This document shows, piece after piece, positions 10,136-19,233 of a stretch of DNA of 64,000 bases. Numbering within the stretch: the stretch's first letter is position 1; every line of letters begins with the position of its first letter. Made by a program: the position numbers and the translations under genes. Source of the stretch: an uncultured archaeon (GTDB lineage: Archaea; Altiarchaeota; Altiarchaeia; JAFGQM01); assembly GCA_964619365.1 (NCBI GenBank), contig CAZUDQ010000003.1, positions 35,960 through 99,959 of the forward strand, read 5' to 3'. A model generated the notes under the pieces. That model had not been told where the DNA came from, searched no databases, and saw nothing but the letters and a program-made list of their open reading frames with translations.

Positions 10136-10912
10136 ATGGAGCCGGGAAAAGTAGAGAAATATCTTCTTAAAAAAAGAGCTGAAGACGGTGCATTACTCTT
10201 TACGGTAATTGACCCCATGGACTATTCTGAGCTTGACGGTGCAATCGCCGCAGCAAAAGCCGCTGCAAGTGCGGGCGCCGATTTAATTGTTGTCGGAGGC
10301 TCAACAGGGGTGCAGGGCCAGGCTCTTGACTATACAGTCTCAGGCATCAAAAAAGAAGTTGATATACCCGTGAATCTTTTCCCCGGAAACATCGGGACTG
10401 TAAATGCAAAAGCAGATTCCATATATTTCATGTCTATGCTTAATTCTCGTAACACCTACTGGATATCAGAAGCCCAGATGCTTGGGGCCCCAGTTGTAAA
10501 ACGTCTTGGCATTGAGCCACTTCCAACAGCATATCTTGTTGTTGGTGACGGTGGGACCGTTGCTTGGGTTGGAGACGCAAAGCCAATTCCACTAAACAAG
10601 CCTAAAATCGCTGCAGCCATGGCGCTTTCAGCCCAGATGATGGGCTTTAGATTCGTTCTTACTGATGCAGGCTCAAATCCTCCAGAACCCGTACCGCCTC
10701 AAATGATAGCCGCGGTGCGCGCAGCTCTTGGCAAGGACACTTTTTACATTGCAGCAGGTGGAATTAGAAGTGAATCTCAAGTACGAGCGGCAATAGTAGC
10801 AGGCGCAGACGCCGTTCAGATTGGAACTGCTTTTGAAAACGCAAAAGATGTCGAGAAAATGGCATCAAAACTAGTTGCCGTAGTAAAAAAGGAAGGCAAA
10901 AAGCGCCTTTAA
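10136..10912 (+). CDS. geranylgeranylglyceryl phosphate synthase (archaeal ether-lipid synthesis)
   Basis: IDP, VGGSTG, LFPG, FMSMLNSRN, GGIR pattern of the GGGP synthase family. Confidence 0.9.
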   Translation: MEPGKVEKYLLKKRAEDGALLFTVIDPMDYSELDGAIAAAKAAASAGADLIVVGGSTGVQGQALDYTVSGIKKEVDIPVNLFPGNIGTVNAKADSIYFMSMLNSRNTYWISEAQMLGAPVVKRLGIEPLPTAYLVVGDGGTVAWVGDAKPIPLNKPKIAAAMALSAQMMGFRFVLTDAGSNPPEPVPPQMIAAVRAALGKDTFYIAAGGIRSESQVRAAIVAGADAVQIGTAFENAKDVEKMASKLVAVVKKEGKKRL

Positions 10913-11000
10913 TTTCTCTTTTTAAGTCAATTTAGCCAGTGCTAACTACCAAACAAAAGAAAATCAGAAATAGTATTAAATTTAAGAAAATGCCACACCC

Positions 11001-11306
11001 TTACTCGTCGTGGCGGTGTCTGTGTGCTGGAGACGCCTCAACCGGTGCAACTGGTACTGAACCTTCTTCAATAACAATAACATCCGATATTGCTCTTACA
11101 GACTTAAATGGGATTATAAAATCTCCGTTTGAGTCTTTTGGGAAGCGCACATCTTCAGCAGTTTCTGCATCAGGTTCGACAATGATGCTTTCCATCTCAC
11201 CCGTGGCTTCATCAACGATTATATCGTCAAGCCTGCCTATTTCCTTTCCGGTAGTCGTAATCGACCTCTTACCCCCAAGTTGCCTAGCAACAACAAATCG
11301 TGCCAT
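11001..11306 (-). CDS. PRC-barrel domain protein (CdpB-like)
   Basis: GKxxITTTGKEIGRLDDIIVDEATG...IPFKSVRAISDVIVI; AGGTGG Shine-Dalgarno-like sequence upstream. Confidence 0.85.
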   Translation of the reverse strand: MARFVVARQLGGKRSITTTGKEIGRLDDIIVDEATGEMESIIVEPDAETAEDVRFPKDSNGDFIIPFKSVRAISDVIVIEEGSVPVAPVEASPAHRHRHDE

Positions 11307-11472
11307 TGTTCCACCTAATAATTTTAGTTGCTCATCTTAACGCCGCAAACTATAAAAACACGACGGTTTTTGGGCGTTTTTTAAGTCCTTGCCATCACCA
11401 ACAAACTTAAGCTATTAATAAGTGGCAAAAAATCTAAACCCTTTTTACCAATAATAATCAATATACCAGATT

Positions 11473-12444
11473 ATGTCCGAAGAACTTCTCGAAGAAAAGA
11501 ACGCACCCAGTGGTGGCCCTGAATTACCCGAGGAGCTAAAAAAACTGCTGGTAAAACAGCATTATCATCTTGTCGGGCGTCATTCTGCCGTCAAAGTATG
11601 TGAATGGCTCAGGCGAAGCCTGATGAACAAAGCTGTTTGTTATAAGGAACAGTTCTATGGCATAAATTCCCATAGGTGCCTGCAGATGACTCCAGCAGTT
11701 GGCCATTGTACTGAAAGGTGCGTATTTTGCTGGCGCCCCGTTGAATGGACAATAGGAACCGACTTAACAGACTGGGATGACCCCGATTTCATAGTAGAAG
11801 AGTCCCTTAAAGCTCAAAAGTTACTCCTTTCAGGTTACGGAGGGTTAAAAGACCGCATTGACCCGGTTAAATGGGAAGAGGCACAAAACCCAAATCAGGC
11901 GGCAATATCTCTTTCAGGTGAGCCTACAGCATATCCACAGATAGGCGATTTGATAGAGTCTTACCACAATCATGGCTTTGAAAGCACATTCCTTGTTACA
12001 AATGGGACTTTCCCTGAGCGCCTAAGGGCGATGACGCGCGAACCCACAAATCTTTACCTTTCAGTAGAGTCACCGACTCAAGACCTGTTTAAGTTGCTTA
12101 ATCGCCCGGTAACTTCTGATGCATGGGAACAATTCAACAAAACAATAGACATATTCCCGCTCTTTAAATGCAGAAAGGTATTTAGAATAACTCTTGTTCG
12201 TGGATGGAATGACGATGAAAAGTTTATCCCAGGCTTTGCAAAGCTCGTAAACAAGGCGGAGCCCGATTTCATAGAAGTGAAGTCTTACATGTGTGTCGGC
12301 CATTCACGAAAGCGCCTTACACTTGACAATATGTTAACTCAGGAAGAAATCGAGGTTTTTTCAAAGAAGCTAGGGATCGAAGCAAATTATACGCTTACTG
12401 ACTCGTGTCCTCAGAGTCGCGTAGCCCTCCTAAAGAGGAACTAA
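11473..12444 (+). CDS. taw1: 4-demethylwyosine synthase (radical SAM, Taw1/TYW1)
   Basis: HSAVKVCEW, CYKEQFYGINSHRCLQMTP, CxxxCxxC (CTERCVFCWR), AISLSGEPT. Confidence 0.96.
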   Translation: MSEELLEEKNAPSGGPELPEELKKLLVKQHYHLVGRHSAVKVCEWLRRSLMNKAVCYKEQFYGINSHRCLQMTPAVGHCTERCVFCWRPVEWTIGTDLTDWDDPDFIVEESLKAQKLLLSGYGGLKDRIDPVKWEEAQNPNQAAISLSGEPTAYPQIGDLIESYHNHGFESTFLVTNGTFPERLRAMTREPTNLYLSVESPTQDLFKLLNRPVTSDAWEQFNKTIDIFPLFKCRKVFRITLVRGWNDDEKFIPGFAKLVNKAEPDFIEVKSYMCVGHSRKRLTLDNMLTQEEIEVFSKKLGIEANYTLTDSCPQSRVALLKRN

Positions 12445-12985
12445 AAGATTTCTTCTCTTTCTTGTCGTTATGGTTAGAAGTCATACGAATATAGAATCCA
12501 AGACCGACAAGCATTGCTCCAACAGCAATCCCCATTATTGCCATGTCAAATATGATTCCGCTTGAGTCGGGAATCGCTTTTATCTGAGCCATTGTGACAA
12601 AAATCTCAGCGGCGATTGCAAATATTATTACAGGCAAAAAGCGAGTTAAGAAATCACGTGCCCTTTCTTGGACGTTTTTGAATTTTCTTTCAGCAATTTC
12701 CTCCTCAAGAATAGATTTTATTAGGTCAAGCACAGCAATTCCGATAACTACCATACCCATACCCGAAATCATAAGTGCAGAGGCGTCTTCTCCGAGTATA
12801 GTCTCAGTATAACCGGTAAGCACCATCCAACCCTCAACAAGATCCTTTATTCCCAGGACAACAAGGGAAAGACAGATAACAAAGAGTATTATTGCAACTA
12901 TCGTGAGTGTACTGTGAAGCGCCTGATCAAATATATCAATATGTTTTTTTACTGGGGGACATGTACTGGGTTTTTGTCTTGCCAT
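12395..12985 (-). CDS. 4-TM membrane protein (PsiE-like)
   Basis: Four hydrophobic segments with IAVLDLIKSILEEE and LTRF; family call tentative. Confidence 0.6.
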   Translation of the reverse strand: MARQKPSTCPPVKKHIDIFDQALHSTLTIVAIILFVICLSLVVLGIKDLVEGWMVLTGYTETILGEDASALMISGMGMVVIGIAVLDLIKSILEEEIAERKFKNVQERARDFLTRFLPVIIFAIAAEIFVTMAQIKAIPDSSGIIFDMAIMGIAVGAMLVGLGFYIRMTSNHNDKKEKKSFSSSLGGLRDSEDTSQ

Positions 12986-13081
12986 TGTTATATCGACTTT
13001 TATTTTGGGCCGCCTAAATTAATGGTAAGTTAATAAAAATATGAAACAGCCCAGTTTCTAAATAAAAACTTATAATAAAAT

Positions 13082-13804
13082 ATGAAAAGAATTAGTTATT
13101 TTGTCCTTGTATCAGGCATTCTCCTGCTTATAGCACCATTGGCAGAGTCTCAGATAGACCTAACAGAGTATGACTCTGCCGTACTACAGATTGATGAGCT
13201 GACAAGTGAGGCCAATCGCGCGCGCGCAAACTACCAAAATGACCTCATGATTGAGCTTCTCAGACAAAAAAGGGCACTAGAAGAAGAGCTCAATACCCCC
13301 AAAATGTCTTATCTGGCCACATATTCAGAATTGATTATTCCGCTAGATGAGGCCGAGTACCTAATAGGGGAATTTTCATCAGTATTTTCAAAGGATTTTA
13401 GCGCTGGTGATATAAAATCGATAAAAGACAGACTAACGGCATCTGAAGCATTTTTTTCCTCTGGAAACTATTCAGGGGCAAAAGAAGCACTGCCCGCTTT
13501 ATCAGAAATCATAATCTTACCAAGTTCTCTTGCAGAAGAAGCAGGCGCAACTGCTCGCGAGGATACATTATCAAAAGGCGATAGTCGCATCCTCCTTGAC
13601 GCCGCAGATCTTTTTGATGAAGCATCAGAAGAGTATTTACTTGGCAAAAATTCCTTTCCCAAGGCAAGAGAACTTACAAACTCCGGAATAAGTCTTGTAC
13701 TGCGTTCAAAAGAAGTTCCCGAGCAGTTACCTTATTACATACTCTTTGTGGCAATACCTGTAATAGTCGCTGGCATTCTACTATTCTACGGGCTAAAAAA
13801 ATAA
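13082..13804 (+). CDS. secreted, C-terminally anchored helical protein
   Basis: N-terminal signal peptide; C-terminal TM helix ending in KK. Confidence 0.7.
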   Translation: MKRISYFVLVSGILLLIAPLAESQIDLTEYDSAVLQIDELTSEANRARANYQNDLMIELLRQKRALEEELNTPKMSYLATYSELIIPLDEAEYLIGEFSSVFSKDFSAGDIKSIKDRLTASEAFFSSGNYSGAKEALPALSEIIILPSSLAEEAGATAREDTLSKGDSRILLDAADLFDEASEEYLLGKNSFPKARELTNSGISLVLRSKEVPEQLPYYILFVAIPVIVAGILLFYGLKK

Positions 13805-13810
13805 GACGTC

Positions 13811-14107
13811 TTATTCCTTTGTCTCGCGCATACCCTTGACGATATTAAGGAGGCTTGTGAACCTTTTATCATCGTTTCCTTTGGATACTTCGAGCTCTTT
13901 TATTTGCTCTTTTTCTGAAAGGACAACGCGTTTTATAACATTAATCTCCCGTATCACAAGATTCATCTTCTGTTTAAGAAGATCTATTTCAGAATCAAGA
14001 GTCCGTATCTGCTCAAGCGCATTAGTAACCATTTCGGCCTCTTCAGTCTTTCTATTTTTCCCGGAACCCGTCGATTTGGATTTTTTAGTCCTTTCTTCTC
14101 TGCTCAT
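13811..14107 (-). CDS. small coiled-coil protein
   Basis: Heptad pattern; fills the gap and is divergent from polB. Confidence 0.65.
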   Translation of the reverse strand: MSREERTKKSKSTGSGKNRKTEEAEMVTNALEQIRTLDSEIDLLKQKMNLVIREINVIKRVVLSEKEQIKELEVSKGNDDKRFTSLLNIVKGMRETKE

Positions 14108-14154
14108 AAAATACCTCTATTTGATTTTAATGCCATAACCAATAAAAACTTAGG

Positions 14155-16503
14155 GTGACGGGTTTTGTGGACGATAACATTCTTCTTGATGTAAGTTATG
14201 AGCGTGAGGGTAGCGCTCCAGTACTTAAATTATACTATCCCGGCCAAGACGGCAGGGACAAGGATATTAAAGAGATAAAGGATTTTTTTCCTTATTTTTA
14301 CGCCGTGCCACGAAATGACGCCTCTGCACTAAAAAGAGGCATCGAATCTGAAATAAGCTCACTTCGTGATGCCGAAGAAGTAGTTCTTGAGGACTCTAGC
14401 CAAAAGCTTAGAGTAATCAAAGTAACCCTTAATAATCCTGGAGAGGTTCCCGACGCGCGCGAAAAAATAAGACGCTTGCAGGAATGTCTTGAGACCCGCG
14501 AAGACGATATTCGTTTCACACAAAGATATGTCATAAATTCAGGTATTGTTCCAATGAAGGGGGCAACAAATACTAAGCTTAAGATTGCCGCATTTGATAT
14601 TGAAACTGTAAAGATTGATTCAGACGGACCTATGGAAAACACTAACATGCGCCCGATAATAATTAGCTATGCAGACTCACTTGGCGCAAGACATGTATGG
14701 CAGTTTGGCAACGAGTCAAGTCATAAGTTTGCCAAGACCTGCTCAACAGAAGAAGAGATAATAGAACTCTTTATTTCAACAGTAAAAAAGCAAGGAATTG
14801 ACATAATAGTAACCTATAACGGCGACAATTTCGATTTTCCGGTGATAAAAGACCGTTGCAAATTCCTTGGCACGAAATTTAATCTTGGCCCGAAAGACGA
14901 AGAGGTCAGGCTTGAGCGGCGTGGGATGAATCTTGCCGCAAGGATTCCGGGGCGCCCCCACATTGACCTTTATCCAATATGCAGAAAACTATTTTCACTA
15001 CCCAGGTACACCCTTGAAGATGTCCACGAAGCGCTGTTTGGCGAAGTGAAGCTCGACATAGAAATCGAAAACCTGGCTAGCTGGTGGAAAGAAGGAAAAA
15101 ATATAGATAAAATCATTGAGTACTCCATTTCAGATGTCGATTCCTGCCTTGCAATAGCAAAAGAGGTTCTCCCAACAGAATACGAGCTTACCCAGATTGT
15201 AAAACAGCCGATATTTGAAGTCTCGCGCATGGGAAGTGGAAACGCAATAGAATGGCTCCTTATGTCAATTGCCCATGAAAAAGGCATTTTAGTCCCAAAC
15301 AAGCCAAGCGACAGAGATTATCAGATTAGACGGGGGGAAGGTTATGAGGGTGCATACGTAGTAGAGCCGATAAAAGGACTGCATGATAACATATTCGTAT
15401 TCGATTTTCGCTCGCTATACCCCTCAATCATAATAGCCCATAACATCGACCCTTCAACTCATGACCAGAAAGCAGATGATGCTCTTTGTTCTATCTCACC
15501 AACGGGAGCCAAGTTCAAAAAGACGCCAAAAGGACTCATACCAGGGCTTCTTAACGAGATACTTTCAAGCAGGACAAAAATCAAGCGCCAGCTAAAAAAG
15601 GCAAAAGAAGAAAAGGAATCGGCAACTACAATAAAAGTCCTTGACGCGCGCCAGCAGGCCCTTAAGATACTTGCAAATTCAGCTTATGGCTACATGGGGT
15701 TTTCGCGGGCGCGCTGGTATGACAACGATTGCGCCGGAAGTACGGCTGCCTGGGGGCGTGAATACATAAAAGACACGATAAAAAAGGCTGAAGGACTGGG
15801 ATACAAGGTCGTTTATGGGGATACAGACAGCCTGATGCTAACGGTTCCCGGAAAAATAACAAAAGCTAAAGGAAAAGACATTGCAAAAGATTTCTTAAAG
15901 GAGATAAATTCAAAGCTCCCAGAAGCCATGGAACTTGAGTTTGAAGGTTTCTTCCCGCGTGGGGTGTTTATCACTAAAAAGCGCTACGCCCTAATCTCAG
16001 CAGAAGGAAAACTGACAATAAAGGGTCTTGAGACACGCCGTCGTGACTGGGCACAAATAGCAAAGGATACTCAAGTCCAGGTACTTGACGCAATACTCCG
16101 TGAGAGAAACCCAGAAAAGGCCGCAGAACTTGTCAAAAAAGTCATATTAGACTTAAAGGAAGGAAACGTCCCGCTTTCAGAACTCTTAATACATACTCAA
16201 CTCACAAAGCCGATTGGGGAATACGAAAACAAAGGACCGCATGTGATGGCTGCCACCAAGGCGCAAAAAAAAGGAATGAGAATAAAACCGGGCGACGTCC
16301 TCCAGTACATAATAACAAAGAAAGGCAACTCAATAAGCGATAAGGCATGTCTTATCGGCTTTTGCAAGGAGAATGATTACGACCCCGAATATTACATAAA
16401 CAATCAGGTTCTTCCGGCAGTCATGCGCGTACTTGAAGCATTGGGGTACAACGAAGACGAGCTAAAGGGTCTTGGAAAACAGACGACTCTTGGACATTTC
16501 TAA
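14155..16503 (+). CDS. polB: family B DNA polymerase (archaeal, intein-free)
   Basis: Exonuclease motifs FDIET and YNGDNFD; polymerase motifs DFRSLYPS, KILANSAYGY, YGDTDS; C-terminal PIP box QTTLGHF. Confidence 0.97.
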   Translation: MTGFVDDNILLDVSYEREGSAPVLKLYYPGQDGRDKDIKEIKDFFPYFYAVPRNDASALKRGIESEISSLRDAEEVVLEDSSQKLRVIKVTLNNPGEVPDAREKIRRLQECLETREDDIRFTQRYVINSGIVPMKGATNTKLKIAAFDIETVKIDSDGPMENTNMRPIIISYADSLGARHVWQFGNESSHKFAKTCSTEEEIIELFISTVKKQGIDIIVTYNGDNFDFPVIKDRCKFLGTKFNLGPKDEEVRLERRGMNLAARIPGRPHIDLYPICRKLFSLPRYTLEDVHEALFGEVKLDIEIENLASWWKEGKNIDKIIEYSISDVDSCLAIAKEVLPTEYELTQIVKQPIFEVSRMGSGNAIEWLLMSIAHEKGILVPNKPSDRDYQIRRGEGYEGAYVVEPIKGLHDNIFVFDFRSLYPSIIIAHNIDPSTHDQKADDALCSISPTGAKFKKTPKGLIPGLLNEILSSRTKIKRQLKKAKEEKESATTIKVLDARQQALKILANSAYGYMGFSRARWYDNDCAGSTAAWGREYIKDTIKKAEGLGYKVVYGDTDSLMLTVPGKITKAKGKDIAKDFLKEINSKLPEAMELEFEGFFPRGVFITKKRYALISAEGKLTIKGLETRRRDWAQIAKDTQVQVLDAILRERNPEKAAELVKKVILDLKEGNVPLSELLIHTQLTKPIGEYENKGPHVMAATKAQKKGMRIKPGDVLQYIITKKGNSISDKACLIGFCKENDYDPEYYINNQVLPAVMRVLEALGYNEDELKGLGKQTTLGHF

Positions 16504-16537
16504 AGCAAACAAACCTTACTTAAAGAGCGATTTTTTT

Positions 16538-16612
16538 AATCAGAGCTCATAAGGTTCATCATGGACAAGTCCTATAAAGAACTTAGCTCAGGGGTTGTTC
16601 GCTTCATCATTA
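16538..16612 (-). ncRNA. box C/D 2'-O-methylation guide sRNA
   Basis: Minus strand: C AUGAUGA (16610-16604), 12-nt guide AGCGAACAACCC, D' CUGA (16591-16588), 25-nt hairpin spacer, C' AUGAUGA (16562-16556), 12-nt guide ACCUUAUGAGCU, D CUGA (16543-16540). Confidence 0.92.
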
Positions 16613-16673
16613 CTAATTTTATAATGTGGAGACATTAATATCAAATAGACTATGTTGTAGAATAAAAAAAGAA

Positions 16674-17807
16674 ATGGCATCGCGCATTGACGAAAAACAT
16701 CTTGTAAAGACACTTCAGGAATTAATAAAGATACCTTCGGTTACCTGCAACGAAGGCGAGATTGCAAACTATGTGTTTGAAACCATGACAAATCTCGGTC
16801 ATGTTGCTTACGTGGACGAGGAAGTAGATAACGTCTATGTTGAAATGGGTGTGGGAAATGAAGGCAAGACTCTAATGCTTAATTCTCATCTTGACACAGT
16901 CCCCCCAATGGGCTACTTAAAAGACCCTTTTCGCGCTGAGAAAAAAGGAAATAAAGTAATTGGACTTGGCGCGTCAGACTGCAAGGCAGGGGTTGCAGGA
17001 ATGATTGAGATTGCACACAGAATCGACCCAAAAAAGATTAATGGAAAACTGCTTTTGGCATTTACCGTCGCAGAAGAAGACGTTCTTAAAGGAACACGCC
17101 TTCCCAAAGGAAGCATGTACGCTGCAGAAAAAATTAAAGCAGACGGATGTGTAATAATGGAGCCAACACTTTACAAAGGTGTTCCAAAGATTTCAGCGGG
17201 ATGCCGTGGGCGCATGATTCTTGAACTTACAGTCCACGGTAAAAGTACACATTCTTCACGTCCCGAGACTGGCAAAAACGCAGTCGAAGAAGCAGTACAC
17301 TTAGTAAACAGGCTAAAAGACCATGATTTATACATGGGCAATTATTTTGGAAAAGAGCTTCCAGAGACCCTTTCAATCGTAAAGATAAACAGCGACTCGC
17401 CGGCAACAAACATAATCCCCCGGCTTTGTGAAATGACAGTCGATTACAGGACGCTTCCCGGCCGCGATGATGTCAAAAAGAAGATAAAAGCTGCAATAAA
17501 AGAATCAGGGGTTGAAGCTGATGTGAAAATGCCCTATTTTTTCCCAGGATATTTCTTAGGGGAAAATTGCGAGTTTACAGACCAGTTTAAAACCCTTATT
17601 GATTCCCAGTTCAAATGTGATACAGAACGCATGGTAGCACTTGGAAGGGCTGACACTGAGTATTTTTACAGGCACGGCATTCCCGCTCTAGAGTTTGGTC
17701 CGGGTGAGAATCACCAATGCCACAAGCCTGAAGAGTATGCGCTCATACCAGGAATGGTCTCTGCGACAAAAGCGGTAATGAAATTCTCTGAAAAGTTCCT
17801 TTCTTAA
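16674..17807 (+). CDS. M20 family metallo-hydrolase (ArgE/DapE/LysK-like)
   Basis: NSHLDTV, GASDCK, EE, EPT, GKSTHSS and C-terminal His; start reassigned to ATG 16674. Confidence 0.88.
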   Translation: MASRIDEKHLVKTLQELIKIPSVTCNEGEIANYVFETMTNLGHVAYVDEEVDNVYVEMGVGNEGKTLMLNSHLDTVPPMGYLKDPFRAEKKGNKVIGLGASDCKAGVAGMIEIAHRIDPKKINGKLLLAFTVAEEDVLKGTRLPKGSMYAAEKIKADGCVIMEPTLYKGVPKISAGCRGRMILELTVHGKSTHSSRPETGKNAVEEAVHLVNRLKDHDLYMGNYFGKELPETLSIVKINSDSPATNIIPRLCEMTVDYRTLPGRDDVKKKIKAAIKESGVEADVKMPYFFPGYFLGENCEFTDQFKTLIDSQFKCDTERMVALGRADTEYFYRHGIPALEFGPGENHQCHKPEEYALIPGMVSATKAVMKFSEKFLS

Positions 17808-17814
17808 GAAACGA

Positions 17815-17909
17815 ATAGTTATCCCCCGGAGATAACTTTATCCTGTGATAACTATATGTCTTAATCCCTTAGAATTATCTATCTCCAAAATACGCGTTCG
17901 CCTAGATAA
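17815..17909. promoter_or_regulatory. cluster of TTATC/GATAA inverted repeats upstream of pilin operon
   Basis: ATAGTTATC (17815-23) is the reverse complement of GATAACTAT (17847-55). Also GATAAC at 17831, TTATC at 17838, and TTATCTA...TAGATAA (17875-17909). Confidence 0.45.
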
Positions 17910-17919
17910 ACATAAGAAA

Positions 17920-18150
17920 ATGAGGATACTCAAATCTAGGAAAGGACAGACAGACTCTGTTTTTAAGCTGGCACTTGTCGTGATAATAATCGCGGCTGTG
18001 CTTGCAGTGGTTTCATATATGATGGGCTCGGCATGGACCGGGGCTGAAGAGCTTGCAACAGGAGCTGCAACAGCATCAGAGAGTGTTTCTGAAGCAACAG
18101 ATTGCATGATAACTGGCAATTGCGACGAGGGCGGATTATCAGGAAGCTAA
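17920..18150 (+). CDS. type IV pilin-like protein (class III signal peptide)
   Basis: MRILKSRKG|QTDSVFKLALVVIIIAAVLAVV; start reassigned to ATG 17920. Confidence 0.85.
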   Translation: MRILKSRKGQTDSVFKLALVVIIIAAVLAVVSYMMGSAWTGAEELATGAATASESVSEATDCMITGNCDEGGLSGS

Positions 18151-18153
18151 AAA

Positions 18154-18327
18154 GTGCACTCCATTGTCTTTACTCTGGCTCTTGTCACAATAGTTTCCTT
18201 TCTTGTAATCTGCGCCCTTATGGTGATTTTTGCAGACACCCAAGAAATTGCGTTTGGTGCAATAAACGATTCTGAAGAGGCAAGAACTTACGCACTCCAA
18301 AAAGCAGCAGATATAATACAAAAATGA
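18154..18327 (+). CDS. 57-aa leaderless pilin-like membrane protein (not in ORF track)
   Basis: GTG start 3 nt after the upstream stop; TGA overlaps the next ATG (ATGA). MHSIVFTLALVTIVSFLVICALMVIFADTQEIAFGAINDSEEARTYALQKAADIIQK. Confidence 0.75.
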   Translation: MHSIVFTLALVTIVSFLVICALMVIFADTQEIAFGAINDSEEARTYALQKAADIIQK

Positions 18328-18524
18328 TACCAAAGGGAAGAAAAGGGGTAGCAGACGAAGTCTTTAAAATAGCTCTTGCAATAATAATTGTTGCAGCGGT
18401 TCTTGGGATTGTCGCAACCGTTCTTTCAGAGATAAAAGAGGACAGTGTCTCTGCGATAAACGCAACAGGCTCGGCCTTTAGAAACTTCACCGCGCGGATA
18501 GTCAATAAAACCGCAAGCTTCTAA
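18324..18524 (+). CDS. type IV pilin-like protein (class III signal peptide)
   Basis: MIPKGRKG|VADEVFKIALAIIIVAAVLGIV; paralog of the 17920 pilin. Confidence 0.85.
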   Translation: MIPKGRKGVADEVFKIALAIIIVAAVLGIVATVLSEIKEDSVSAINATGSAFRNFTARIVNKTASF

Positions 18525-18527
18525 AGA

Positions 18528-18782
18528 ATGGATTTGCCGTTTAAGATTGCAGCTGCGATTATTTTAGGGATGGGAGTCCTGTGCGCACTAATGCTTTTTA
18601 GCTCGCATATTATTTCAGCTGGAACAACACTTGAGGATACTGAAAAAACACTTTTTTCAGATTCACAGGACGATGCAACAAAGCTTCTTTTGGACGGGGA
18701 AAAAGAAACGGACAAAGGCTATGTTATACTAGATGGTGGAATGCTTCCAGATGGTGGTGGACAACTAAACAGGCTTTTTTAG
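18528..18782 (+). CDS. leaderless pilin-like membrane protein
   Basis: MDLPFKIAAAIILGMGVLCALML; shares V(I/L)CALM with the 18154 ORF. Confidence 0.7.
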   Translation: MDLPFKIAAAIILGMGVLCALMLFSSHIISAGTTLEDTEKTLFSDSQDDATKLLLDGEKETDKGYVILDGGMLPDGGGQLNRLF

Positions 18783-18783
18783 C

Positions 18784-19233
18784 ATGCAGATTAACCGACG
18801 AGGGAGCTCGGTTCTTGAAGCCCCCTTTATGATTCTTGCAAGCGTTCTTGTCATCGTCTTTTGCCTTTGGATAGGAATTAATTCGATGGAAAAATTTGTC
18901 AAGGGTTCAGAGGAGCAGGCGGCAGCACAGGCTGCAAGTGACCTTTATGAGGCCGCAAGGATAATCTCACTAGGGTATGACAAGAATTCAATGCGATATT
19001 TTTTGTCTGTTCCTGATTGTTGCAGGATAAAGGTGGACGGAGAACTGAGTGCAATTTTTGTCAACGAATCTGACGGGGAAAGAATAATTACAGGGCCAAT
19101 GGCAATATCTGGAGTACGAATAGAATCGGCATGCGGTCCAATTGAATCTGGAGAACACAACCTACTACTAGAATACTGGGAAGATGGGCAAAAAGTTATT
19201 ATTTCAAAGGAAGGGGCAGTCTGCAGCGATTGA
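18784..19233 (+). CDS. minor pilin-like protein (class III signal peptide)
   Basis: MQINRRG|SSVLEAPFMILASVLVIVFCLW followed by a beta-rich domain. Confidence 0.8.
   Translation: MQINRRGSSVLEAPFMILASVLVIVFCLWIGINSMEKFVKGSEEQAAAQAASDLYEAARIISLGYDKNSMRYFLSVPDCCRIKVDGELSAIFVNESDGERIITGPMAISGVRIESACGPIESGEHNLLLEYWEDGQKVIISKEGAVCSD

Noticed and set aside
14155-16503. Viral or casposon-type PolB, or an intein-containing polymerase
   Set aside because: Normal length, intact cellular motifs with a PIP box, and no neighbouring integrase, Cas1 or capsid genes.
18148-18156. Stop-codon readthrough fusing the first pilin to the in-frame 57-aa ORF
   Set aside because: The stop is TAA and a GTG start follows. 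The parallel A'-B' pair has the same 3-nt gap with a clear ATG, so separate genes are the simpler reading.
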